Source: a virus. Taken from it: a DNA stretch of 38,973 nucleotides. The stretch is taken from the IMG/VR virus record IMGVR_UViG_3300001765_000053; one strand, written 5' to 3'. The notes under the pieces are model-generated. The model was given only the letters and a program-made list of their open reading frames with translations, was not told where the DNA came from and ran no database searches. Each line of letters starts with the position of its first letter. Position 1 is the first letter of the stretch. This document shows, piece by piece, positions 29,025 to 38,656 of the stretch. The position numbers were made by a program, and so were the translations under genes.

Positions 29025-29724
29025 CATTTGTAATTTTTAAAATTTAGAAAATTAAACTACTCAAAAAAATTGTATAAGATTTATTTCGCTTGTAAATATA
29101 TCATAGATTTAATTATTTATAAAACTATAGTTTAGAATTTGGCAAGATTCAAAACTTGGAAATTTCTGGATAGTATCTTTCCAAGTTTTTAATCTGATAA
29201 TCACAAGGTGAATATCAAAAATAAAAAACTTAAAATAATATATAAACCTTTTGGAACATAAAAATATTAAGTTTTGCAAAATTTGGTCTATTTTGCAAAA
29301 GATACCTTAATAATTGAAATTTGAGAATAGTAAAAGATATCCAAACACAAAAAAGTTTCAAATAATCGTTTTAAAACGATTTTATGGCTATAATGTGTTT
29401 AATTGATAGTTTAAGACCATTTTAGAAATACAAAACTATATAAATGATAATAATTATATAATTTTTGGGAAGAATTTTGGTGATTTAATCAGTATGTAAA
29501 AATTCTATTCCTAAGAACTCCATAAAATTTTATCAGACATTTTATTTTATGGTGTTTTTGTAGTATTCTAAATTTGCTAATAACTTTCTATCAAAACTTT
29601 TATAAATTTTGAACTCGCCAACCACCACCACAAAAAAGTAAGAAATGAAACTACAAATAAATATCAAATATTGTGGCGAATGGATTTTTTTTATTTTCAA
29701 ACAAAAAAATGGTTGATATAAACC

Positions 29725-29828
29725 AATAAAATGGTTTCAAATATAATAAAATAGTAATAAAATAGTTTCAAATATAATAAAATATAATAATAAAATAGTT
29801 TCAAATATAATAAAATAGTTTCAAATAT
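29725..29828. repeat. Four 20 bp direct repeats AATAAAAT[AG]GTTTCAAATAT (iteron-like)
   Basis: Copies at 29725, 29756, 29789 and 29809, with partial copies between and after. Confidence 0.85.
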
Positions 29829-29856
29829 AATAAAATAATTTTAATAATAAAAATAA

Positions 29857-30555
29857 TTATAATAAAATGTTTTGTGTTTCAAACATTTCTTTCATTTTAA
29901 AAAAGTTTCTATTCAATTTAATTTTTCTTGTATGTTGTAAATCTTTCTTTAATTCTTTTAGATTAGATATATTTATATTTGTTTTTCTTTCAACATCAAA
30001 TATATTAAATAAAAAATTGTTTAAATATATTAATGATTGGTGCATTGCTGTTGTTGAAATTCTATAATATCTTGGTGAGAACTTACCCCTTTTAAAGTTT
30101 TCAATATTAAATATTATAATTTCATCATATGTATTATTTACATTTTTATGTGATTCTTTTATTTTTTCAATATCTTCTAATGATAAGTCTTCTGTATTTA
30201 ATTTTTCAATATTAGTTTCAAATCTTAATTCATTTGAATAATAAATTAATGGTAAATATTGTGTGTATTTTTTATTTCCAATAATAAAAAATGTGAATGC
30301 ACTTAAATCAATTGTGTTTGATTCAAACTTATTATAGAAATCAAACAAAGCATATATTATAACTCTTATTGATATTGATTCTGTTTTTGTCCCAATTAAA
30401 ACAAATGATAAATATTCTTCTTTTGATGCTCTAATCAATCCTTTAAATAAAAACAATTCAACATCACTATAATTTGAATTATCTATATTTGATTTTATAA
30501 AAAATGCTTTGTATTTATTTAAATTCTCTAAATCTAAACATATATCATTTGCCAT
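29857..30555 (-). CDS. Hypothetical protein
   Basis: 232 aa ORF, last of its operon, ending at the repeat region. Confidence 0.7.
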   Translation of the reverse strand: MANDICLDLENLNKYKAFFIKSNIDNSNYSDVELFLFKGLIRASKEEYLSFVLIGTKTESISIRVIIYALFDFYNKFESNTIDLSAFTFFIIGNKKYTQYLPLIYYSNELRFETNIEKLNTEDLSLEDIEKIKESHKNVNNTYDEIIIFNIENFKRGKFSPRYYRISTTAMHQSLIYLNNFLFNIFDVERKTNINISNLKELKKDLQHTRKIKLNRNFFKMKEMFETQNILL

Positions 30556-30558
30556 TTT

Positions 30559-30726
30559 TCAACTTAAAATTACAGCCAATATAAAACAACTAAATGCAAC
30601 CAATGATAAAACTGGAAAAAAATATTCCTTTATTATTATAAAATATGTATTTGATACAATTAAAACTAAAAATATTATTGTAAACATTAAAGTTCTTGAT
30701 TCAATTATATCAATTATTCTTCTCAT
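30559..30726 (-). CDS. 55 aa 2-TM protein (not in ORF track)
   Basis: MRRIIDIIESRTLMFTIIFLVLIVSNTYFIIIKEYFFPVLSLVAFSCFILAVILS; 3 nt A spacers on both sides. Confidence 0.6.
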   Translation of the reverse strand: MRRIIDIIESRTLMFTIIFLVLIVSNTYFIIIKEYFFPVLSLVAFSCFILAVILS

Positions 30727-30729
30727 TTT

Positions 30730-30885
30730 TTATTTTTCAATTAATTCCATAATACAATCATTACTAATTGTTGTTATTTTTGCATCAAACATTGTCATAC
30801 TTTCTTCAAATAATACTTCAAGAGTATCTTTATCTCGAAATCTAAACTTCATTATATTATTATTTTTGAACATATCTATATCCAT
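30730..30885 (-). CDS. 51 aa hypothetical protein (not in ORF track)
   Basis: MDIDMFKNNNIMKFRFRDKDTLEVLFEES...; fills the gap. Confidence 0.55.
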   Translation of the reverse strand: MDIDMFKNNNIMKFRFRDKDTLEVLFEESMTMFDAKITTISNDCIMELIEK

Positions 30886-30887
30886 TT

Positions 30888-31220
30888 TCAATAATTCATA
30901 CTATTTATTTTTCTTGTTTCTTCTTCAATCTCCCTTTTCAAATTAAGTATGCTTTGGAAATGAACTCCAATTGCAAAAGAAGGTGCAACTATTCCACAAA
31001 AAACAACAAATAATATTAAGAAAGGACCACTTGTTGAATAATATATATTTACTAATAACATAATAATATTGATAATTATTAATATTGATAATATAAAAGT
31101 AAATAAAATCAAATTATGTCTATATTTTTTTAGATGATTTATATTTTTAATACCATTTCTAAGTTGTTTGTTTAGAAATGCAATTTTTTCTGCCACTTTA
31201 TTTATTTCATATTTCTTCAT
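30888..31220 (-). CDS. 2-TM membrane protein
   Basis: Two hydrophobic helices flanked by charged helices; ATG at 31220. Confidence 0.65.
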   Translation of the reverse strand: MKKYEINKVAEKIAFLNKQLRNGIKNINHLKKYRHNLILFTFILSILIIINIIMLLVNIYYSTSGPFLILFVVFCGIVAPSFAIGVHFQSILNLKREIEEETRKINSMNY

Positions 31221-31362
31221 TTTCAATCAATAATTCATATTTTATCATTAAATTTTTATACTTTAATGGATTATTATTATAATCATTTATTAAATCTTTT
31301 GAACAATATTTGCATATTTTGTTTGTTCCTTCAAATTCTTGTTTGCATAGTTCACATTTCAT
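31207..31362 (-). CDS. 51 aa zinc-finger protein (not in ORF track)
   Basis: MKCELCKQEFEGTNKICKYCSKDL... Confidence 0.65.
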   Translation of the reverse strand: MKCELCKQEFEGTNKICKYCSKDLINDYNNNPLKYKNLMIKYELLIENEEI

Positions 31363-31588
31363 TTTCATCAATAAATCTCAATAAAGAGTTTTTATATTTT
31401 TGTAATTTAATTAATTTATTTTCTAAATATCTATTTATTGGTAAAAAGAAAATTAACATTAAAATTCCAGACAATGGGTGTATAAATATAATAAGATAAA
31501 ATACTAATAAACACATTGATATAGCAAAAACAGTTTGCATTATTAAAATAATTTTTATTTCTTTATTAAACTGTTCTAATGTCTTCAT
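31352..31588 (-). CDS. Small 2-TM membrane protein
   Basis: Hydrophobic hairpin. Confidence 0.65.
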   Translation of the reverse strand: MKTLEQFNKEIKIILIMQTVFAISMCLLVFYLIIFIHPLSGILMLIFFLPINRYLENKLIKLQKYKNSLLRFIDENEM

Positions 31589-31593
31589 TTTAA

Positions 31594-32091
31594 TTAATCT
31601 AAATCAAATATATTTAAATCACAATGTTCAACTTGTTCCATATTATCAAGTTCTGTTGCGTATTCTCCAATCTTTGATAATACTTTACCAACATTTTTAT
31701 TTTTAACTTTAATACTAAATGTTGCAATTTTATAATCTGATGGTTCAATATAATCATCAATAAATTGTGGTTGCATTTCTTTCATATCCATTTTAACTGC
31801 AATTGGTGTGATTTCTTCTGTTTCTTTTTTAATTTCAGCAACTAAATTTTGAAATTCAACTTGTTTTTCTTGTTCAATTTCTTTAGTTTCAACTTTTTCT
31901 TCAACCATTTGTTTTTTTGTATTTTCTTCAACCATTTGTTTTTGTGTAGTAATTTGCTCTACTTTCTTATTTTTTCTTGAAAATAGTTTATCAAAAAAAC
32001 CTTTTTTCTTCTCAATAACTGGATTAGTTAGTTTATGTTTAATAACTAATTCATTTATTTGTTCATCTGTTAACTCATTAAGATTTGTCAT
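31594..32091 (-). CDS. Hypothetical protein with KKGFFDKLF amphipathic motif and charged linker
   Basis: TTTATAAA at 32118-32125; KQMVEE occurs twice. Confidence 0.7.
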   Translation of the reverse strand: MTNLNELTDEQINELVIKHKLTNPVIEKKKGFFDKLFSRKNKKVEQITTQKQMVEENTKKQMVEEKVETKEIEQEKQVEFQNLVAEIKKETEEITPIAVKMDMKEMQPQFIDDYIEPSDYKIATFSIKVKNKNVGKVLSKIGEYATELDNMEQVEHCDLNIFDLD

Positions 32092-32130
32092 TTGATAAAT
32101 ATGTTTAAATTTATTGATTTATAAACTTTT

Positions 32131-33360
32131 TTATTCGTGACCCAATGTGCAATCAAATGGTATAAACCTTTCAAAATTATCCCCATCTACAAAAATCCAC
32201 TCCCTAATAAAGGAATCTTGGTTACTCATAAGTGGGTCTGGCTCATTTTCCATTCCAGAAGAATTTAATATTTGATAAACATCTTTATTGACAATATCCA
32301 TAACTGATGATGGTCTTTTTATTTTTCCAATCCACATTTTTGTGCAAGATTCAACGATTTTAAAATCAATTAAAGAAGTTGATTGAACTTCAATTATAAC
32401 ATTCAAACCAAAACTACGATAATTGTTCATAATATTAAGAGTTTCTTTAATTGCGAGTGATGTTTCACCAGCCTTTACTTGTGTTCCATCAAGATAATAT
32501 AAAGCATCATCTAATACAATCAATTTTTTTGTTACAAATTGTGTTCCTTTTTTAAGTTCTTCAACACCAATATCTTTTACTTTTTGAATAATAATACCCA
32601 CATCAGTAGCCATTAAATTTCCACCCTTTGAAAAATAACTTAAAGATATTATTTCATTATTGTCCCAATGTTTTTTAATATCAAGTTCTTTTCTATTTCT
32701 ATTGAAAAATCTTGTTCCTTGAATAAGTGCCATTGCAGAAAGACCAGCCTTTTTAGTAATTCCAAGTAAAGTATCATCTTCTTCAAGTCTTGATTCCATT
32801 AGTTTAATATCATCAACTCCATTTTCTATTTGCATAACACAAAAATCAGCAGATTTTGATGAAAATCCAAGAGAAGACCAATGTTCTCTTGTTTTAAATT
32901 CTAATACACTATGAGAATAAACTCTGAATTTTGATTTTAAATGTTCTGGGATTTCAGATTCTACATAACTTGGCACATATCCAACAACTGGTAATGATGA
33001 ATTTTCCATAAATGGATGCAATCTTCTACCATTACCTTTTTTACTTGCAGATAAAAATTCGTGTGCTTTTGCATCAACAACCAATATTTTCCAACCAGCA
33101 TTATGATATGCCCTAACAATATTTTTTGTCAATCTTCCCTTACCATAACCAGAAGGACTTAAAACTAAACCAGCAAGTAAATTTCTATTATCAATTTCAT
33201 AACTAATAAATTCATCTGATTTCTCAAATTCTTCAAGTGGTAATCTCATATAGTTTTCAATTGGTTTAGCCATTCCCAAAGGAACAATGCCTTCTTTAAA
33301 CAAATCTCTACTTTCTTTAATAACTTTTTTATATAATTTTGCTCTTAATGATTCATACAT
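32131..33360 (-). CDS. FtsK/HerA-superfamily P-loop ATPase (packaging or VirB4-like)
   Basis: Walker A SPSGYGKG, VVD.K.HEF, Walker B LIVLDDA, arginine finger/Gln sensor YRSFGLNVIIEVQS. Confidence 0.8.
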   Translation of the reverse strand: MYESLRAKLYKKVIKESRDLFKEGIVPLGMAKPIENYMRLPLEEFEKSDEFISYEIDNRNLLAGLVLSPSGYGKGRLTKNIVRAYHNAGWKILVVDAKAHEFLSASKKGNGRRLHPFMENSSLPVVGYVPSYVESEIPEHLKSKFRVYSHSVLEFKTREHWSSLGFSSKSADFCVMQIENGVDDIKLMESRLEEDDTLLGITKKAGLSAMALIQGTRFFNRNRKELDIKKHWDNNEIISLSYFSKGGNLMATDVGIIIQKVKDIGVEELKKGTQFVTKKLIVLDDALYYLDGTQVKAGETSLAIKETLNIMNNYRSFGLNVIIEVQSTSLIDFKIVESCTKMWIGKIKRPSSVMDIVNKDVYQILNSSGMENEPDPLMSNQDSFIREWIFVDGDNFERFIPFDCTLGHE

Positions 33361-33366
33361 TTTTAT

Positions 33367-33876
33367 TTATTCGTAACATTTCGTATAATTTAATATATCA
33401 TTTAATGGTATTCCACCAAGAACTCTTGACATTTCACCAGTCTCTTTATTGAATAATATATTTGTTGGATATGCTTGTATGTTTAAATCTTCACATAATG
33501 CTCTGTAATTATCACAATCAACATATGTTACATCAGAAATATCTTTACCAAGCATTTTTTTCTGGTCTTGACAATGTGGGCAAAATTCTGAACCATAGAA
33601 TTTAAATTGTGTTGATAAACAATTAATTTGAGAATATGTTAAATTATTTGGATTTGTTTTAAGTATATCTTCTATAATTTTTTCTTTTTCTTTTATTTTT
33701 TGGTCTTCATCACTTCCTAAATATGTATAATATAATGTATTTCCAAATACAGCAATGATTACAAATATAATCAATAACATTGCAACAATCATTACTGGTC
33801 CAGCAGATTTATCTTTTTCTGGTTCTATTACTTCAATTCCACTATCATTATATTCTTTTTTAATTTTTTTGTTCAT
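33367..33876 (-). CDS. Membrane-anchored thioredoxin-fold thiol-disulfide oxidoreductase
   Basis: TM, then KFYG...CPHC..QK, YVDC.......C....I.AYPT (cis-Pro loop). Confidence 0.88.
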   Translation of the reverse strand: MNKKIKKEYNDSGIEVIEPEKDKSAGPVMIVAMLLIIFVIIAVFGNTLYYTYLGSDEDQKIKEKEKIIEDILKTNPNNLTYSQINCLSTQFKFYGSEFCPHCQDQKKMLGKDISDVTYVDCDNYRALCEDLNIQAYPTNILFNKETGEMSRVLGGIPLNDILNYTKCYE

Positions 33877-35176
33877 TTTTTATTTTATCTTTTTCTTTTT
33901 TTGATTTCCTTCTTAATTTATCTAATTGTTTTAATTGAGTTGGACTGAATTTTTTATCTTCAAGACCAGTATTTATTATTTCTAAATTATCATTATATAT
34001 TATTTTATATCTTTTGAGCCATTGAACTGAATTTAAACCAAAGTTTATATGACTATATTCACTATCCATTTGAACAAGAGTTGCAACTCTTGACCTATTA
34101 TAATTGGATTTATCAGTATAATCAACTTCACTTTCAAGTGCATAATCTTCTGTTTCTAATTTTGCTTTTATTAATTTTGACCTTGCTTCTTTTTCTTCTT
34201 CTGAAAATCCTTCGTTTTGGTCATAATCATCTTCATTATACATAAAATCACTATGTATTTTAAACCTTGCGTATTTCAAACTTTCATTTATTTTCATATC
34301 AGCATCTGAAATATTATTATCATCAACATCATCAAGTTCTGAAACTTCACCATTTTTTGCTTTATCAATTTCTTCTTTGAATTTATCAACTCTTTGTTTT
34401 TTAAGTTCTTTCTCACTTAACTTAACTGTTGGTTTTTCATCTACTTCAATTTCTGGTGTAATCACTTCATTTTTTGAAGTAACTTCATCAATAATATCAA
34501 ATGTATTTAAATCAAATTCTTCTTTTTGTTTTTTTAAAATAAAATTTCTTTTTGCTTCAATTGGTTTTCTACCAACTTGTAATTCAATTTTAATTGCTTT
34601 AATATATTCTTGCAATTCTTTTTCTGATTTTATATTGTCAAAATTATCATATAATTCCATCATATCATTGATTTTAACTTCAACAATTTTATTCATTTGT
34701 TCATAACTATTCATTGAAAACTCAATCATATCTCTTAATTTTTCATTTTGTTCTCTCAATTTATCATTTTCAGAAATGATTGTTTTCATTTCTTCAATAA
34801 GTAAATCAGTTTGAGATAAAATTTCATCAATAGACATTGCTTTTTCTTCATTAGTATATGTTAGTTTTCTTACAACATCAAGGTATCTATCTCTAACACC
34901 CTTTAATTGAACATCAAGGTTTTTCATTAAATCCATAAACGCATCAGTAACTTCAACATATCTACCAAATTTAACTTCTTTGTCTGCTTTAATCATAAAC
35001 TCTTTAAAAGTCATAACACCATAACTTTTAATATAAACATCCCAACTATTAATATCTAAATTTGATTGAGTAAACTCGTGCAATTCTTCAACTTGTTGTT
35101 CTTCTTTTTCCCAATGGGGTCTTTTCATCTCAATAAGTTTCTTTGTATTTTCAAGTTGTATTAATTCTCGTTCCAT
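33860..35176 (-). CDS. Long coiled-coil protein
   Basis: 438 aa, E/K-rich heptads. Confidence 0.75.
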   Translation of the reverse strand: MERELIQLENTKKLIEMKRPHWEKEEQQVEELHEFTQSNLDINSWDVYIKSYGVMTFKEFMIKADKEVKFGRYVEVTDAFMDLMKNLDVQLKGVRDRYLDVVRKLTYTNEEKAMSIDEILSQTDLLIEEMKTIISENDKLREQNEKLRDMIEFSMNSYEQMNKIVEVKINDMMELYDNFDNIKSEKELQEYIKAIKIELQVGRKPIEAKRNFILKKQKEEFDLNTFDIIDEVTSKNEVITPEIEVDEKPTVKLSEKELKKQRVDKFKEEIDKAKNGEVSELDDVDDNNISDADMKINESLKYARFKIHSDFMYNEDDYDQNEGFSEEEKEARSKLIKAKLETEDYALESEVDYTDKSNYNRSRVATLVQMDSEYSHINFGLNSVQWLKRYKIIYNDNLEIINTGLEDKKFSPTQLKQLDKLRRKSKKEKDKIKNEQKN

Positions 35177-35178
35177 TT

Positions 35179-35688
35179 TTAAGGACCACCAAATCTATTG
35201 AAAGGACTTCCCATAAAAGGAGAACCACCCATACCACCACCTTCTTGACCAAGAAATGGAGATTTTATTTTATTAATGTATTCAATTTCATCTTTAAGTT
35301 TCTTTTTATTCAAGTCTGCATTTTCTGAATCATAAACCATATTAATAATTCTATTTACTTTTAGTTTTAACATTGCATTTTCAGTTTTTAAACTATTAAG
35401 TTCTGCAAGATGTGTTGGGTGAATCTGTGGAGAATAATCTTTTAATTGTAAATCACACCAATAAATTTCTACTTCCATATCAGTTTCACCTTTACTTGGA
35501 ACATATAATTTTCTAACTTCTTTATATACATCATCAACATTACCCATTACAATAGACCATTTATCAAAAAATGGTTTAGATGGAACTTTTTTAAAATACA
35601 TATTTTTCCCATCTTTAATTATATTTCCCATTGAAATTAATGTAGGTCCAATAAATATTGCCCTTTTTTCTTCTCCATTTCTTCCCAT
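35179..35688 (-). CDS. Hypothetical protein with short coiled coil and Gly/Pro/Phe tail
   Basis: Ends SPFLG..GGGMGGSPFMGSPFNRFGGP. Confidence 0.75.
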   Translation of the reverse strand: MGRNGEEKRAIFIGPTLISMGNIIKDGKNMYFKKVPSKPFFDKWSIVMGNVDDVYKEVRKLYVPSKGETDMEVEIYWCDLQLKDYSPQIHPTHLAELNSLKTENAMLKLKVNRIINMVYDSENADLNKKKLKDEIEYINKIKSPFLGQEGGGMGGSPFMGSPFNRFGGP

Positions 35689-35693
35689 CTTTC

Positions 35694-35948
35694 TTAATTC
35701 TCCAAATTGTTTTTATTTAAACATTTTTTATTTTTATGTAGTAGTAAAATATATATTATAAATAATAATATACCATAAAAAAATAAATATACAATACCAT
35801 TTATTCCAAAAGGACAAGTCCCAATAATATATGTATATAACCTTGCAAAAATCATACCAAATATTATACCATCTATAAATAATATAATTCTTGCGAGTCT
35901 TCTAAATCTTTTTCCATTTCCTTTTTTATGATTACAATTATTTTCCAT
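35694..35948 (-). CDS. Small 2-TM membrane protein
   Basis: ATG at 35948, 1 nt after the upstream stop. Confidence 0.65.
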   Translation of the reverse strand: MENNCNHKKGNGKRFRRLARIILFIDGIIFGMIFARLYTYIIGTCPFGINGIVYLFFYGILLFIIYILLLHKNKKCLNKNNLEN

Positions 35949-35949
35949 T

Positions 35950-37206
35950 TTACCACCAATTATCTTTTCCAACTCTATATACTAAATATGATATTAACAA
36001 TGATAGACAAATTGCAACAACTATAAATGTTGTCCAAAACTTTGCTCTATCTTCATACCACGCTTGTTGGTCTTTTATATTTACATCTGATTTTATTTTT
36101 GTTTCAAATGCCATATCTTGTGCATCTTTTACAAGTTTATTACTATCAACTAAAATTACTTCTTTTTGTTGTAATAAGTTTGAATTATCAACTCTCAATT
36201 CTTTAAGTTCTGCTCTTAATAATGAAGTTTCATTTCTTGAATTTTCTAAATCTTTTATACTATTTTGATATAATTTTCTTAATTCTTCATTAATTTCTCC
36301 TTGCATAACATATTTAATTGTTTCATTTACAGTTGGACACATAGTTTTATCTTCTTTTAATAATTGATTTATAAAATCTGCAAGTTTTTTACTATCAAAT
36401 TCTTGTTGTTCTCTTACACATCTAATCATATTTGCTTTATTTAAAAAACAATTATCAGTATAAACATAATGTTCAATCACATATTGTGGTTCAATCACAT
36501 TAAATATAATTTTTCCTTGTTTAAAGGTATTATTACTCTGAATAGCAAAAACTCTTGTATATGAACCCCACGATTGACCATAAGGTATATAATAACCAAT
36601 AGTTATTGTGGCATTTCCATAAGTATCATAATTAAATGTTGATGGACAACTTAAAAAATCACCACAATAAGTAATTGAACCAGTTGTATTTGGATAACCA
36701 GTAAGTGCAAACTTAACAGTTCCATTTTTAGGTAAAGTATTTGATGAAATTGTAATATTATAACCATCATCAATTATATCAACTTTATATGTAATAGTAT
36801 TATTTGTTATATTAGTATAATTTACAACTGTAACATAATCTATATTATATTTAAATAATATTTCTGTTGTAATATTATTATATGTATTATTTATGAAAAC
36901 ACTTTCATTATAAACAGAATCTTGAAATATATTAATATTATCAACTGTGTAATTTATACTTAATGTATAATTAGTTTCATTTTCTGGAAATGTATAATTG
37001 TTTGGAAATAATAAAGAAACATATTCACTTGAATAATTACCATTATTAAAAAATAATGTTTGATTTGCTTCAAGTTGCAATAAAAATTGCTCTGTTCCAA
37101 CAAATGGTAATTGTGAATCTGTTATATTATACTCTTTCAAAACATCATAACCAAAAGATGTTGTAATAAACATAAATACAATTCCTAACATTAATAATCT
37201 TTTCAT
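35950..37206 (-). CDS. Type I membrane glycoprotein (beta-rich ectodomain, coiled-coil stalk, C-terminal TM)
   Basis: Signal peptide, dense N-x-S/T sequons, paired Cys, heptad region before the TM. Confidence 0.75.
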   Translation of the reverse strand: MKRLLMLGIVFMFITTSFGYDVLKEYNITDSQLPFVGTEQFLLQLEANQTLFFNNGNYSSEYVSLLFPNNYTFPENETNYTLSINYTVDNINIFQDSVYNESVFINNTYNNITTEILFKYNIDYVTVVNYTNITNNTITYKVDIIDDGYNITISSNTLPKNGTVKFALTGYPNTTGSITYCGDFLSCPSTFNYDTYGNATITIGYYIPYGQSWGSYTRVFAIQSNNTFKQGKIIFNVIEPQYVIEHYVYTDNCFLNKANMIRCVREQQEFDSKKLADFINQLLKEDKTMCPTVNETIKYVMQGEINEELRKLYQNSIKDLENSRNETSLLRAELKELRVDNSNLLQQKEVILVDSNKLVKDAQDMAFETKIKSDVNIKDQQAWYEDRAKFWTTFIVVAICLSLLISYLVYRVGKDNWW

Positions 37207-38207
37207 CTTCTATACCTATTATAACTACTATATCTTCTTTTTTGTGGTCTTCTTCTTGGCATACTCATAGCACCACCCATTCTACTTCTTCCATCTTCAT
37301 CATCACCATCACCATCACCACTATCATCATCTTCATCATTTTGTTGACCACCAAATGGTGTCATAAATGCACTTCTACCATCATCTCTATATGAACGATT
37401 ATTATTGTCTGGTTTTTGTGATTTTTCAAGATATTCAAGTGCATCTTTGTTTGCACCACCATCTGCAATCTGTTCAGCAATATACATTGCAGTTCTTTCT
37501 TTTTTATCAACAATTGATGTGATAGGATATCTTTTCCACTTACCAGAAAAGTCTTTGTAATCTGTTTGGTGTTGAATAGTATAATCTCCTTCAAGTATTG
37601 TTTTTTCTCCCCTATCAACTGGCATTACAACTATATGCAATCCAAGTCTCATACCATTATTCACGATAAATTCAAGCAATAAAAATTTATCACCAGTTGC
37701 TTTATGGTAAAATACTTTTTGGTCTCTATAATAAAACTCTCTTTCATTCTTTAATTGAAATTCATTATTTTCATTTACATACCAACCAAGACCATATTCT
37801 TTTGATATTTTTTCTCTAAATATTGATTTTGCAATATCAATTGGGACTGGTTGTTTTAATGAATTATCTTCATCATCTTTATTATAAATAAATATATAAT
37901 ATAATAATCCAAGAACAAGTATAACAATAATTATTGAAACTACTATCCAAACTTTTTTATCATCAGTTTCATCTACTATAAGACCATTGTCTTTTAATAT
38001 TTCAAGTTTAGCAAGATTTACAAGTTCTTCCTTTGTATAATTTGTAGCACTTGATAAATCAACATCTTTTATATCAGTTGCCTTTTGAACTATTTGTTCT
38101 GGACTTGTAACAGATTTTTGATAAATAACATATAATCCAATAAATAAAATTGATATTACAAGTAAAAATATAAATATATTTCTAACTGTATGAGAACCTT
38201 CTGACAT
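37203..38207 (-). CDS. 2-TM membrane protein with soluble domain, acidic stretch and Arg-rich C-terminus
   Basis: Ends DEDDDSGDGDGDDED...PRRRPQKRRYSSYNRYRR. Confidence 0.75.
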   Translation of the reverse strand: MSEGSHTVRNIFIFLLVISILFIGLYVIYQKSVTSPEQIVQKATDIKDVDLSSATNYTKEELVNLAKLEILKDNGLIVDETDDKKVWIVVSIIIVILVLGLLYYIFIYNKDDEDNSLKQPVPIDIAKSIFREKISKEYGLGWYVNENNEFQLKNEREFYYRDQKVFYHKATGDKFLLLEFIVNNGMRLGLHIVVMPVDRGEKTILEGDYTIQHQTDYKDFSGKWKRYPITSIVDKKERTAMYIAEQIADGGANKDALEYLEKSQKPDNNNRSYRDDGRSAFMTPFGGQQNDEDDDSGDGDGDDEDGRSRMGGAMSMPRRRPQKRRYSSYNRYRR

Positions 38208-38209
38208 TT

Positions 38210-38656
38210 TTATTTATTCCCCCTTATTTTAGTTAGTATTTTTGAAGAAATAACATATAATACTTTTGAATTTGTTAATTTTATTTTATCAACAATTTCC
38301 ATTTCAATCAATTCATCAACTGCTGTGTTTATTCCATACATATTTTTAAAAGATTTTTCGTTTGTTTGTATTTCTTCTCTTGAAATAACACAATTATAAT
38401 TAATTATAGTTTTTAAAAAGAAAATTGTATTTTTATTAAATACATCATCAACATTTTTCCAATATTCATTTACAATAAATAAAAAAATACTCTTTTTTTC
38501 ATCATCAGAAACTTTTAATAATTTAACTAATACATCAATCAATTCTTTTTCAGTCCTAATTTTCCAAAGTTCAAATGTATCATTTTTGTCAATCAGTCCT
38601 TTATCAACACATTCAATTATTTTAGATTTTAAATCATCAGAGAGAAAATTAGCCAT
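38210..38656 (-). CDS. Probable winged-helix DNA-binding protein
   Basis: C-terminal ISREEI...INTAVDELIEMEIV...LY.I pattern. Confidence 0.55.
   Translation of the reverse strand: MANFLSDDLKSKIIECVDKGLIDKNDTFELWKIRTEKELIDVLVKLLKVSDDEKKSIFLFIVNEYWKNVDDVFNKNTIFFLKTIINYNCVISREEIQTNEKSFKNMYGINTAVDELIEMEIVDKIKLTNSKVLYVISSKILTKIRGNK

Noticed and set aside
29725-29828. CRISPR or mini-CRISPR array
   Set aside because: Repeats are adjacent or separated by 11-13 nt partial copies of themselves; there are no unique spacers and no cas genes.
392-37618. Opposite-strand or off-frame ORFs in the track (e.g. 392-610, 399-617, 7195-7410, 7445-7705, 11964-12344, 26249-26635, 30509-30946, 34377-34706, 37361-37618)
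   Set aside because: They lie on top of better-supported genes and show the composition expected of shadow frames in AT-rich DNA.
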